Of a stretch of DNA of 64,000 nt, positions 37,781-51,896 are shown in pieces. The position numbers and the translations under genes are program-made. The number at the start of each line of letters is the position of its first letter. The first letter of the stretch is position 1. The notes under the pieces are model-generated. The model saw only the letters and a program-made list of their open reading frames with translations. It was not told where the DNA came from and made no database searches. Origin of the DNA: Octopus sinensis (lineage: Eukaryota); NCBI RefSeq assembly GCF_006345805.1, contig NC_043005.1, forward strand, positions 124,001 through 188,000, read 5' to 3'.

Positions 37781-40700
37781 CACACACGCACACACACACA
37801 TATATATATATATATATGTATATATTTGTATTCTGTCTGTGTGTTTGTCCCCCACCTTCACTTCAGAACCGGTGTTGCTGTTTCTACTTCCCCGTAACTT
37901 AGCGGTTCGGCTAAACAGATCGAGAGAATAAGAACTAGGCCTACAGAGAATAAGTTCTGGGGTCTATTTCTTCGTCTAAAAGCAGTGCTCCTGCATGGCC
38001 GCAGTCCGTGATTGTAATAACTGAAACACATAAAAGATTACACACACACACACACACAATGGCGTCATTGTTACTGAAATCTTTATATTGATAAACATGT
38101 AAGGAATGTGTGCATACACCCACCCACATGCAATGGCTTCGTTGTTACGGAGATCTTTATATTGATAAATCTAATGATCTCGTTGCATTTGCAAACAGTA
38201 TAGCTTTCCCTAAGCAGGAAGGCTAAACTCTAGAGCTTGACGTTCTGATTGGACCAAGTGGTGTCCTGGTTGTGCATCAAGCATCAGGTTTAAATTTTAT
38301 TCATGCTTTATTATTTTTGTTTGTTTGTTACTTTGGTCTACGTATTTTTCAAATCTGGGCTTCGTTTCCGGCCTAGGGTTATACAATTTCTGCATATTTT
38401 CTTTATGAAACTTTACTGCTTTTATTCTTTCCTTTTTCCTTTTTTCTTTTTCGTTTTGCTCTCTTCTGTTTTCTATTTTTTCTTTTTAAGTCTCTTATTC
38501 TCTTTGTTTTTTGTTTTTTTGTTTTTTTGTTTTTACCTGACACACACTTAATCGGTTGAATGGAACTCCTCACAGCATCTTCCGTTTCACTTTCCGTACC
38601 AACTTTCATTCCTGCAATTTATACTATTTCCAGATTAACGTTCTGCTAGAAAACAAAGACGAATTCTCAGAAATTCATTGTCTTCAGCTCCCTATCTTCT
38701 CAGATTCTCACACATAAACTGCACTGAACTTTATATATTTTTCATTGGCTTTCGTAATTTTATTCACAGTTCTTATTCACATGAAACCTCTTATGATTCT
38801 ACCAATAAATATTTATGAAAACCCCTTTTCGTAACGGATGGTTGCGGTCAGCTAAATGTCGTAATCTCTCCGTTTTGTAATCAAATAGAGGAGATTCAAT
38901 TCAAGGGAGACATGTTTAAGTTACAAATATTCTTCACTTGCAAATTGTTGCATGGAATCCCTTCTCGATGACGCGTACCCTAAAACGCATGGATTAAATC
39001 AACTCTTCCGTCTTCTTCACTAAGCCTTTCACATAACTAAATATTTCTTGGTGGAATTTGAATATTTAAACTGAATATAGGACTAGATATTCATATGAGA
39101 CGCTTGATAGCTTTCCTCTTTGTAGACAGCGTTGTATAATTAAGGAGCGCAGAATAACTCGGGCAATACTCCATTCGGTGTGACCTCCTCTCGTAATAGA
39201 AGCGTCGGGTGGCTGTCATGATACACGGATAGTCTTGGACATTCAAACCATGCTGGTTCTTGTGTTTCACGAGCTCTGACAGAAACAGAATCCTTGCAGT
39301 GAAGAAGAAAAGGAGGCAGAGAGATGAGAATCGGCACAAAGAAGGGAATTAGTAATTTATCGATAATGAAACAGCGAAAGGCATAAGTGGCCTGAGAGAT
39401 GAGATTCGGACAAGAATGTAGAGAAAAGGAAAGACTACACAAGAAATTCTGTTGCATGCCAATCCGATGCCAATGTTTGCTAATAGTAATGGTGCAATGG
39501 AACATAACATATATTGGAGTGTTACTAGCATAGCTGGCGTGGGGCGGTTGGTGTGGTCCGCCAGGGCGGCACTTTTAAAGGAGTCTGTATGCGGCAAACG
39601 TAGGGGCCACCCCGGGCGGCACACATTCTAGTTCCGTTAGTGAGCACGGTGTATACGTTTCTTTTATATAATAGTAATGGAAGCACTTGAGTGTAGAAAG
39701 TATCCCGTGCTCCGTGTGGCAGAACTGATCCAAATAAAGCGGTAATTACGAAAGGTCAGTATTTCTAGGAACAATGGAGGCAGTTCTGAGAAACTGGCTC
39801 CGAAATATCGTTTGCCGTGTGTTGGGAGAAACTGTTGGAAAGTTTCGACTCATTCGCATAGGAAAGAATTTATGTGAAAGAAGCGCAACTATTTGTATAG
39901 ACATAAAAATCAATAATAATTTATAAGCTAGGCAAAGAATGCCTACAGAAATAAACACACATGGGGAGCGCCCTGTATTGAGCCTCTTTATGTTGAAGCA
40001 TCTGCAGACGTATGACAAGTGGTGAAACATCATTTCACTATGGCAATATGAAATAGAAATATTTATCGACTTCCTACACACTCAGTAATAAGATTCATGC
40101 TCTCAGGAACGACTCATTGCAAACAAACACAGATGGAGTCACCTGCTCTACCTCACCAATGCCCTCGTCATGGAACAAGTTGTACTCAGACCAACTAGGG
40201 AAAATAACATTTTGGATCTCTGCTTCACAAACAATATAGACATCATTCATGATGTGAAAGTAACGCTGACATTAGTCTCGGATCACAACATAATAGAGCT
40301 TTCTATGTTTGGGCCGAAAGTAGCCAGAGGCATACAGCCAAAAGGAAGCACCCGAAATCTCTCCAATCGGAACTTCCACAAAGTAGACTGGAACCCGATC
40401 CAAAAAGAGATCCGCAGACAGAACTGTCCGAAATGTCTCTCCTCACCAGACGTTGGCATGAAACTAGAATCTTTCATGTCTGTTATGCAAGCCATATGCC
40501 AGAAATATGTTCCAGAGCACAAGGCCACAACAAATAGGAACAAGATTCCAAAGGAGAGGAAGATTCTCATGAGACGACGAACGAAGGTTGCAAATCGCCT
40601 CAACCAACATGCCAAAAGTAGTGAAAGGTCCCGCCTAAAAACAACACTGATGTAGATTGCAAAAAGCTTGCAACAATTTTATGAGAGGGATAGAGTAGAC

Positions 40701-42641
40701 AAAGAAGCCTGGGTTAGTAAAAACATTAAGTGAAATCCAAAGGCCTTCTTTCATTACGCCACAGAGACAGCATCAATACACCGCAAGATAGGATCCCTCT
40801 TCCTAAAGGATGGCACCCTCACAGAAAGCCCAACCAGGATCAGTGAGGTACTGAATGACCAATTCAAAAGTGTCTTTATCACTCCATTGGAACACAGACA
40901 ATTGAATCAACCGGTGGACTTTGTTTGCCGCCTCACCTATAACCAGCGAGGCAATTACGATGGAATACATCGACATTAGCGAAGAAGATTTACTAACCAT
41001 AGATGAAGTGGACGCAAACTCAACGGATGGTCCTGATGGTTTACCAGCAATCCTCCTCAAATCGTGTAAGCATACCCTGGCAAAACCCCTCCAGATTTTC
41101 TTCCAGAGCTTTCTTGCAAATGGCAGACTGCCAAGCAAGTTGAAGGAGGTAATAATATGCCCAGTCAACAAAGGAAGCAGAGCAGATGCCAAAAACTATT
41201 GGCATATCTCTCTGACTTCACACATCAGCAAAGTCATGGAACGGATCGTCAGAGGGAACCCAATTGCAAACCTTGAAGAAAATGATTTATTGAGTGATAC
41301 CCAGCATGACTTTCGAACATGTAGGAGCTGCCTGACCCAGCTCTTACAACATTATGACTTGGTGTTGAGGCGGTTACTCAACAACTCAAATGTGGACGTA
41401 ACATACCTTGATTTTGCAAAAGCTGTTGATTAGTGTATGATATGCCACAAACTGCGATTTCTCGACATAGCTGGAATACTTGTAGAGTGGTTACATGACT
41501 TTCTGAAAGATAGAAGTCAGGAAGTAGTAGCCAATAGCGCCTCCTCAACGAAAACACAAATAGTGAGTGGTGTTCTACAGGGCACTGTTTTGGAACCCCG
41601 GTTTTTCATAGTGGCCCTCTTAGATATGCCCTCAACTGCCCGGATAGCTACCCTTGCTAGCTACGCAGACGATACGAATGTCTCGAAGCAAATACAGATG
41701 CCCAGCAATGTTGCCCACCTGCAGCAGGAGATGCACTCAATTTACAGATGGGCTGAGGATAATAATATGCAGTTAAATGCTGAAAAATTCCAAGCCCTGC
41801 GCTACCATCGTCCAAAACTGAATATGGAACTTACAGGGTACACTGTTCCACAGGGAATTTCAATCCCAGAGCCTAAGTCAATGAAGGACCTGGGTATCGA
41901 CATGCGTGATGATACCGCTTTTCAAGTGCACATTACCAGGATGGTGACAAAGTGCAGACGACTGACTCGATGGATCCTGAGAATATTCAGAACGAGCGAG
42001 AAGGAAACCATGATGGTCCTCTGGGGGACATTCTTCTCCAGCCGCATGGATTACTGCTTCCAGCTATGGTCACCCAATAGTGTAAAATTAACAGCGGACC
42101 TTGAAGCATTCCAGCGAAGCTTCACAAAGAAGATCGTCTCATTGCAACAGCTCAGCTACTTGGAAAGGCTGCAAAAGCTAAGACTCTACTCCCTGAAGCT
42201 AAGGCGGGAGAGGTGTGCAGTAATATATACATCTAGAAGATCCTGGAAGGAATTGTGCCAAATTTTGGCATTGGAAGCTACATCAATGCAAGGAACGGAT
42301 CGACAATGTACAGTGCCAAATATCCCAGCAATGCCATCGCGCTTCAGGACCAGTTACTGCAACAACCTGTGTTTCGGGGGCCCACACCTTGTTCAATATT
42401 CTCCCAAAGAACCTGAGGAATCTGCAATAAGAAGATGTAGGCGTTTTGCAATCAAAGCTGGACGTCTTCCTCTCGAGATTCCCAGATGAACGTACCTCTA
42501 GGCATGAGGTGCAAATAAGGGTAGCTATATCAAACTCCATTCTACACCAAGTGGCATATATTAGAGGAGGATCTCAGTAATCAGTGTAGCAAAACAGCGG
42601 TGCTCCAACATGGCCACAGCAATGAGCTGAAATTATAAAAA
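37305..42641 (+). repeat. Composite unit U, copy 4 (variant with SINE head; LINE D ~40070-42641 least decayed)
   Basis: Colinear with copies 1-3. Starts with a tRNA-derived SINE head instead of module M. LINE D keeps a 350-aa ORF (41437-42489). Confidence 0.93.
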
Positions 42642-42725
42642 TGTATGTACATATTTTATATATATATATGTGTATGTATATATATATATATATATGCATA
42701 TGTATATATAATATATATATGTATA

Positions 42726-42761
<36 letters not shown>

Positions 42762-42827
42762 TGTACGTATGTATGTATGTATGTACGTATGTATGTATGT
42801 ATGTATGTATGTACGTATGTATGTATG

Positions 42828-42858
<31 letters not shown>

Positions 42859-43075
42859 GTATGTATGTATGTATGTAAGTATGTATGTATGTATGTATGT
42901 ATGAATGTATGTATGTATGTATGTTTCGGAGCAGGTATGGCTGCGTGGTAAGAAGCTTTATTCTCAAACTCGTGGTTGCGGTGTTCAGTCCCACTACAAG
43001 GAACCATGGGGATATGTCATCTAAAATAACTTCAGGCGATCCAAAACTGTGAATGGGTCTATTATGAGAAGCTCG

Positions 43076-43133
<58 letters not shown>

Positions 43134-43224
43134 GCGGGGGGTGCCTGTCTATCTGCCTCTATTTATCTGCACCTCTCATCGATTGATAACTGAAGCTGAG
43201 GTATGTATATATATGTAACGGTGT
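42642..43224 (+). repeat. Partial fifth unit start (TATG tract, SINE head, TA, first ~90 bp of U)
   Basis: Matches 37150-37596; period about 5.6 kb. Confidence 0.88.
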
Positions 43225-43361
43225 ATTTTGTGCCGATAAAGTTTTTAGTTGAAGTCGACAGTCACCAATTGTAACAGCGTATTTTGAATTTTGGTGTGGT
43301 CACCTATATTATTGATGATGAAATGTTTGAGTCACCAATTGTAACGGCAGAATTTGTATTT

Positions 43362-44090
43362 TTTATATTTTATTTTATTTAGTTTCAGCTCACAAGCGGT
43401 GGCCATGCTGGAGCACCGCTATTTGGTGTTGCTACATGATTTTACTTCACGAATGCTTTTTAGCAAATGCCTTCTGGTGCTTGAGAGAGTTTGATGCAGC
43501 TGCCCTCATCTGCACCTCCTGCCGTGAAGTTGGTTCATCTGGGACACCTGACAGGAAGAGATCCAGTTTCATTTTAAAGACATCTGCATCCACCCCATGC
43601 AGGTCTCTTAGGTTCTTTGGGAGGATATTGAAGAGCTGTGGGCCTCGGAAGCCCAGGCTGTCACAGTATCTTGTCCTACATCTTGATGGCAAATTTGGAG
43701 TCCTAGGCACTATGCAGTGGCGCCCAGTTCTAGCATTTGTGTAACTCTCGATGCCAAAGTTTGGAACAAGTCCTTCTACAATCTTCCAGATGTATTTTAT
43801 GGCATATCTTTCTCGCCTACGCTCTAAGGAATAGAGTCTCAATATCTTGAGTCTTTCCCAATAGCTCATATGCTGCACAGAGGCTATCTTCTTCGTGTAG
43901 CTTCGTTGGGTCGCCTCAAGTTCTGTGATTAACTTGACACTGGATGGTGACCATAGCTGAGAGCAATAGTCAAAGTGGCTTAGGACAAGTGTCCTTCAGA
44001 GGACTATCATGGTTTCCTGGTCTCTTGTTCTAAAGGTTCTAAGAATCCTTCCGGTCAGTCGCCTACATTTCATTGCCAATTTAGCAATGT
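43362..44090 (-). mobile_element. 5'-truncated CR1-type LINE of family C
   Basis: ORF 43447-43878 matches the C-terminus of ORF2 13726-16686; (TAAAA)n tail. Confidence 0.92.
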
Positions 44091-45903
44091 ATGGTAAACT
44101 TTACTATGAAATTTTGGTGGAAGCAGTGGTAACGATAATAATTTGTGGTTATAATTGTTTACTGTAGGATGTGAAATATGCACAATGTATAAAGTTTTAA
44201 GAAGGTATTTATTTACCGTTACGTTACAAATACCTTGCCTCAACGGACAGGTTGTGATACATCCAAAAGCATGCGAAGTAAAGTTTGTGTTTGTGTCCTC
44301 ATCATTGTTTAGTAGTAATTGCTGAGACAGAATGATGTTGTAAGAGAACATAATTAGAGCTAGAGAGAAGTGTTGGTTGTTGTCTGACAGTAAACTTCCT
44401 CTCTCCCTCTGATCAAGGTTGGTCAGCCAGACCCCCACCCCCGTTGAGTCGTCACCGACTGTGACTGACTGATTTTTGCTTGGGATGTGCTTACTTATAT
44501 AAAGATCCAGAAGGATTGAGAACAATAGATTTAGTTGGTGGTCTTGTTATCTCTATTCTAGCTTTTTGTGAAGCAGAGGAGGTCAGAAAAGGTCAAGTGG
44601 TGAAAACATTATTTCGGCCTAGGTAAAGGCATTTGGAAAATGTAAACTGCTGCCAGAGAAAAACCATTGTTCCACTATGGGAAAAGTTCTGTAGTAGTGT
44701 TATTTTAAATTTGGCTATGGTGGATCGAATCCATTTCATGCATGCAGGATTCACTACATATATATATAGTTTATATTTAGCTTTAATAACTACTGCTGCT
44801 CAAATATGAGATTTAGTTTTAGGCAATCACCAATATAGTTGATTATTTTAAAATTCTCCTACAAAAATAAAATCCAGTCCCATAAGACGCCCTTCCTGCG
44901 ATAAACGGTATTTCTCCTTTATTCCTAACATGGTCAATTTCCGAAAAAGAAAAAAAAAGGGGAGGGGGAAACTATCGTCATAACGTCGTAAAAAAAATCA
45001 GTTCATATTTTCAAGGAATGAATTGCGAAGGTAATGATTTCAAGGGGAGTAACTACGTAATATAGAATTGGAAGGGAGTTAACTCTAGCATGAGTTGTTC
45101 ATAGCACTTTGTAGAATTTTGTCGGGGGAAATGCAAGATGCCTCTCTTCGAAAATCTGGATGCAAATTTCATATCTGGTTTCAGAATTTGCAATATACGT
45201 ATTTCCAAATTATATTTAATATGACATGTAGGTATTAAAAGTTGCAAATATATGATAAAAGCTACAACAGTCATTTCCCCTGTTTTAGAGAAAGCTCTAG
45301 ACTTTTTTTTCCACCTACATTTCGATAGCAATGAAATCTAATGCAAAAAGATACGTGTAGCTGGATACATTCTCCTCCTGGGGGCACGAAAATACTGCCC
45401 GACAATAAAATAACTGATGTCGCTTTGGTAGGACAACCACTTGACAATGGACGCTTGAATACAATCCATTTAGAAGGAATTTTAAATTTCTCTCTACTTC
45501 TTCAGGAATATCTTTGATTGTCGAAGATCACAAAATATTCAAATGGATTCCCAAGTGAATTTACAAAATCCTATTTAATCAAACCGCAATATATCATTTC
45601 AACTAAAATGTATCGCATTAATTGAGTGTTTTTTGTTTCGAATAGGAAAAAGATACAAACATGAAGAAATGAATGTAAATTCTTCCTATCCCCAAAAGAC
45701 GCAAACTAAAATTTTCTTGTGAAGAGAATTTATTGTAGAAATTTGCAACCACATTCGAAGCTGAAGAAATCGATCTGTAAACAAGTGTTCCAGACACTAG
45801 ACAAATAATCAACATTATAACGAGCTGTTTCAGGTAGAGTTTTGATAATAGTACACAAAACGTATTGTAAGGCAAAATTAATGTTTATTACTGATTCATC
45901 ATA

Positions 45904-45976
45904 TAAGGCAAATAGATATGTGTAAGGCAATAGACATGTGTAAGGCAAATAGATATGTGTAAGGCAAATAGACATG
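45904..45976 (+). repeat. 19-bp tandem repeat, ~4 copies
   Basis: (TAAGGCAAATAGATATGTG)n. Confidence 0.85.
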
Positions 45977-46009
45977 GAGTATAGCCCAGATACTTAACTG
46001 CTGAAATAT

Positions 46010-46216
46010 ATTTATTTTGGGCACAAGGTCAGTAATTTCGGGGGAATGTGGTAATTCGATTACATCGACCCCAGTGATCAACGATATTTATTTTCATCGA
46101 CCCCGAAAGGATTACAAGGTAAAGTCAACCTCAGCAGAATTTAAACTCAGAATGTGCAATCGGAAGAAATGCCTCTAAGCATTTTCTCCGGTGTGCTAAC
46201 GATTCTGCCAGCTCGT
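46010..46216 (-). mobile_element. tRNA-derived SINE with Nin-like central domain
   Basis: Reverse complement reads CGAGCTGGCAGAATCGTTAGCAC...TGAGTTTAAATTCTGC...GTTGACTTTACC...CCTTTCGGGGTCGAT. Confidence 0.8.
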
Positions 46217-47574
46217 AATTAAGATATAATGATTTCAAACTTTGACACAAGGTGAGCAGTTTTGGTGATGGGGGCGAGTCGTTACATCGACCCCCCACAG
46301 TTCAAATGCTACTTATTTAGTCGACCTTGATTACTATTGAAAATATAGCGAAATTTCATAAACACCTACAAAACAAATTCGTAATTGCATACCCAGTTAA
46401 TTGCAGAAATTTCAAGTGGAAATAACTATGTCATAAGATACGTTAGTTATAATGATCCTAAAAGATACGTTGGTAGATAAGATACGTTAGTTTATAATGA
46501 TATCATAAGATACGTTAGTATATTAGTCTTAAAAGATACGTTGGTATATAATGGTGTTGAAAGATATGTTAGTAGATAGTGGTCTACATTTTTGATATCT
46601 TAAGCAGATTTTTATATTTAATTAAAACAACAGTCTTTTATTTTATACACCCAAACACACAATGGGTTCAGTTAGGACAAAGACTTTGCTAAATATTGAA
46701 ATTTATTCAAATGTTCTTTTAATGGGTTTCAATCATTGGATTACGGTTACATTTTGGTTACGTCTTCGTGGATACAGTCGTCCGTTAGGATGATCTCGAC
46801 CTTTCCTGTATTATTATAGTATCGACTTTGGAGCACAACAAAGTTGAAGTCAGCTTGGTGTAAACTAAAGCAGCAAATATGGATAGAAAACAAGAATGTA
46901 ACTGAAGAATTCGCTATGCCCTGGGAGAGAAGGAAGTGACATTTCATACAACAAAGAGTGTCGGCTTCATTGGAGTAGGGTTGTCGTCAGGAAATATATT
47001 TCGAATCGAATGCAAATTGCTAATTAAAATATACCCGGTACACAGTCTGTCTTTATGGCTAGAATCCCTCTTCCCCTTCAGTTTTTAAATCTCAAATTAA
47101 TCAGATGAAAAACCAATTTGGTTAAATTCAAACAGAATTGGAAAATCGAACTTCAACTGGAGAAAAGCACAAAACCAAACATTAACTGAAGATTGCCGAA
47201 GATTATAAAAGAGAGAAAACAGGAAAATATCTGTGGATTAAGTAGAGTTTGAAAGCATCTCCTAATTATCAAATACAATAAATTTGCTGATTATTAAATG
47301 CTAAATCAGAGATATTCAATAAATGTTGTGCATCAATAAATATCTGCTGAAATGCAGCAAGTTAACACTACAAAATGACTGTATCAACATAATGCTATTG
47401 CCAAGGACACGCCCATGCACACCTTCTTTTCTACAGCAACGGAACTCATCTCTTTCTTTGAGCTCTACTTTCTCTTTTTATGTCACCTAAAGGAAATGTC
47501 TGTCATGTCATTATATTTTTAAATAATACGTATATAGGCAGTTAAGGTAAATTACCAATTATACACACACACAC

Positions 47575-48548
47575 GAATGTATGTATGTTTGTATGTAGTA
47601 TGTATGTATGTATGTATGTATGTATGTATGTATGTATGTATGTTTGTATGTATGTGTTTTTATATATGTATGTATGGTGTATGTTATGTATGTATGTATG
47701 TATGTATGTGTTGTATGTATGTATGTATGTATGTATGTATGTATGTATGTTATGTATGTGTGTGTGTGTATGTATGGTGGTATGTATGTATGTATGTATG
47801 TTTGTATGTATGTATGTATGTATGTATGTTTGTATGTATGTGTGGATGATGATGTTTGTATGTATGTATGCATTATGTATTGTATGTATGTATGTAGGTG
47901 TATGTATGTATGTATGTATGCATGTATGTATGTATGTATGTATGTATGTATGCATTTATGTATGTATGTATGTATGTATGTTTTGTATGTATGTATGTAT
48001 GTATTATGTTGTATGTATGTGTGTATGTATGTATGTATGTTGTGTTGTGGTTTTTATATATGTATGTATGTATGGTGTATGTATGTATGTATGTTTTAAT
48101 AGTATGTATGTCTGTATGTATGTTTTTATATATGTATGTATGTATGTATGTTTGTTTTTATGTATGTATGTATGTATGTAGTATGTTTTTATATATGTAG
48201 TTGTATGTATGTATGTATGTATGTTTTATATATGTATGTATGTATGTTTGTATGTATGATGTATGTATGTATGTATGTATGTTTGTATTTGTTGTGTTAT
48301 GTATGTATTTTGTGTGTTTGTTTGTATGTGTGTGTGTGTGTGTATGTATGGATGTATTTGTATTGTATGTATGTATGTATGTATGTATGTAGTCTGTAGA
48401 TGTATGTATGTATGTTGTATGTATGTATGTATGTATTTGTATGTATGTATGTATGTATGTTTTTATGTATGTATGTATGTATGTATGTATGTATACATAC
48501 ATGCATACGTACATGCAAACATGCACACACACACATAGACGTATATAA

Positions 48549-48580
<32 letters not shown>
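47575..48580. repeat. Degenerate (TATG)n microsatellite, ~1 kb
   Basis: Direct inspection; source of many spurious MYVC/HTYI ORFs. Confidence 0.97.
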
Positions 48581-48582
<2 letters not shown>

Positions 48583-49496
48583 ATGTGACTATAATTTTGT
48601 TCCTGACATTGATTTGCAGTGGAGTTAGGAATCCTAACGTCCGTTTGTCGCATCGCCTACAAAGACCAATTAAATGCCAGACTGAAAATAAATTACTCAA
48701 GTGATGTGATTCACTAAAATCCGAACGTGTGCTCCATCATGTCCACGACCCAAACTCCGAAATCTGCGAGAGAAGTAAGAGAACACATTATTGTTATTAT
48801 TATTTTGCGTTGTTGTTGTTGTTATATTTATTTGTTATTATTAATTATTATTATTGTTATTATTATTATCGTTATATATTTGCAATATATATATAGATAT
48901 GAATATGTATGTATGTATGTATGTATGTACACACAAACACACACACACACACCACACCAGGCACACACATTCAAATAGCGATAGAGTTAGGAATGAAGGG
49001 AGGATGGATACAAGACGTCGTAAGGGCCGCCACGGGTTTTATATTTTCTCTGAGTTCTTTAGTAATTTTTTCAGATTCGATTGGAAACTAAAAACAGAAG
49101 AAAAGAAACAATGAGAAAGAAGGAAATAGAAAGACACAAACAAATACACCTCATAACAACAATTACTGCAACATAAATTAACTTGGTTTATAGACAATCC
49201 TTTTATATTTGATAAGATTTCAGTTTGACTCTGTTTTATTGTCTCATTTCAGTGAATTTGTAGAAAATCTTTCATCAATAATGAACGAAGTTCTCCAAGT
49301 GTTTATATTTCTTGATGTATTTTCGCATCGACTTTGACTTGTATATTTGACCACAAACCTTTTATATGTTACTTTAGATTATTAGACATTACCACACAAC
49401 CTATTATCGCCTAATAATAGATATTCTACCAAAACTACATATTGTCACACTTTACCACATATCACTTATCCTACGGTGATACTCATTATACAGACA

Positions 49497-49732
49497 CAGG
49501 GTGGGTGGTGTACAAGTAGGTATACAGTTAGAAAAAAAAAAGAAAACATGTACAAAATTCATTAATTTTTATCAAAACAATAAAAGTTACGAAAATGTAT
49601 ATTATGATTAATGACACTGAGATATTAAAAATGAGGCTAACTTTTTATTATTAATTTTTTTTAAATAAAAATAAAATGAGTATTGTAAGAGTTTCTTTTT
49701 TCACGGCTGTATACCTACTTTGAGCTTTCCTG
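49497..49732. mobile_element. Tc1/mariner-type MITE
   Basis: Perfect 14-bp inverted repeat AAGTAGGTATACAG (49514-49527) / CTGTATACCTACTT (49707-49720) within longer imperfect TIRs CAGG.../...CCTG-TA. Confidence 0.7.
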
Positions 49733-50120
49733 TAAAACAAAACGTTTCGCATTTTGTTATTGATAATACCTAGAAGAAGGTGCTTCTTTTCCCCTCACCA
49801 AAGTGAATGGAGCTTTGGCCAAGAGGAACTGATGTCATCACACTGTGTCTCCAACGATTATCAGATGTTTCCACACTGAACCGTAACACCCTCCTCTTTG
49901 TGATTCAGTATTGCGCGGCCAATCTTTGCTCTTCATCTCCTCCTGGCTTCTAGCTTAACATCTCTCTTGCTCCTTAATCAGCAATCGGATATTTATTTTC
50001 CAGCCTTTATCACTCAGTATCACAAATTATCACATTGCCTCTATATTATCGTATCACACAATCACATTAATCCAATCAGATACCACCTAATATTGGCTTC
50101 CAATTTTTGGCACAAGGCCA

Positions 50121-51896
50121 GCAATGTCAGGGGAGGAGTAAGTCAGTTAATAAAACCCACAGTGTTTCACTACTAATTCTGCCCGACGCCGAAAGTATGA
50201 TAAGCAAAAGTCAACCTCGACGGAATTTCAACTCAGAACCGGCGAAATACCTATTTCTTATTACCCACAAGGGCCTAAACACAGAGGGGACAAACAAGGA
50301 CAGACATAGGTATTAAGTCTATTACACGACCCCAGTGCGTAACTGGTACTTAATTTATCGACCCCGAAAGGATGAAAGGCAAAGTGGACCTCGGCGGAAT
50401 TTGAACTCAAAACTTAACGCAGACGAAATACCGCTAAGCATTTCGTCCGGCGTGCTAACGATTCTGCCAGTTCGCCACCTTTATAATAATATAATCAAAA
50501 TAATAATAATAATTAAATAATACTAATAATAATTTAATAATAATAATAATTAGAATAATAATACTAATAGATAATAATCATAATAAAATAATGATGATAA
50601 TAATTGTGTAATGTGTGGTCTTTTCACTGGAAGCACACGGCCTCAAATTAGGGGTAGGGTTGTTAAAGTCGATTGCATCAACTCATGCTTGACTTGGTAC
50701 ATTAGATCAAACCCGAAAGGATGAAAAGCAAAGTTCGACTCGGCGGAATTTGAACTAGAACTGTAAGGACGGACGAAATGCAGCTAAGCACTTCGCCTGG
50801 CATGCTAATGATTCTGCCAGCTCGTCGCATTTCAGATACTCAAATTTGTTTATGTGTTCAAATTATCACATGCATATTCATTAATATCATTCTTTACTTG
50901 TACATGATCACCTATCACATATTTCACATCAATCGGATATGAATCTTACTCGGCGACGCATTGACGTCCGCTTGATGACGGATATATTTTACATCGAAAT
51001 TTACCAGAGGATTGTGGTTCCTCTTTTGAAGCAATTTCAGGGGAGGATGTAAGTCAGTTACATCAACCCCAGTGTTCACACTACTAATTCTGCCGACGCC
51101 CGAAAGTATGATAAGCAAAGTCAACCTCGACGGAATTTCAACTCAGAACCGGCGAAATACCTATTTCTTTTTTACCCACAAGGGCCTAAACACAGAGGGG
51201 ACAAAACAAGGACAGACATAGGTATTAAGTCGATTACATCTCGACCCCAGTGCGTAATGGTACTTAATTTATCGACCCGAAAGGATGAAGGCAAAGTCGA
51301 CCTCGGCGGAATTTGAACTCAAAACGTAACGCAGACGAATACCGCTAAGCATTTCGTCCGGCGTGCTAACGATCTCAGTTCGCCACCTTTATAATAAAAT
51401 AATCAATAATATAATAATATAATAATAATACTAATAATAATATAATAATAATAATAACTAATAATATAATAATAATAATAATAATAAATCTAATTAATCC
51501 TTTCCCACTGAAGCACACGGCCTCAAATTAGGGGTAGGGTATAAGTCGATTACATCAACTCCATTGCTTGACTGGTACTTATAGATCAACCCCGAAAGGA
51601 TGAAAAGCAAAGTCGACTTCGGCGGAATTTGAACTCAGAACGTAAGGACGGACGAAATGCAGCTAAGCACTTCGCCTGGCATGCTAATGATTCTGCCAGC
51701 TCGTCGCCTTCAGATACTCCCTAATATTGCAAATTATCACATGCATATTCATACATTATCACTTTACTGTACATGATCACATATCACATATTTCACATAA
51801 TCGGATATGAATACTTACTCGGCGACGCATTGACGTCCCGCTTGATGACAGATATATTTTACATCGAAATTTCCCAGAGGATTGTTTCCTCTTTTG
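50121..51896 (+). repeat. ~910-bp tandem duplication (50121-51029 / 51030-51896); each copy has three minus-strand Nin-like SINE pieces and (TAA)n
   Basis: Colinear copies that differ mostly by small indels; SINE heads end at ~50476 and ~50828 and their counterparts. Confidence 0.88.

Noticed and set aside
44070-44525. 151-aa minus-strand ORF and nearby unique DNA (44100-47500) as a possible host exon
   Set aside because: No recognisable domain or convincing splice structure.
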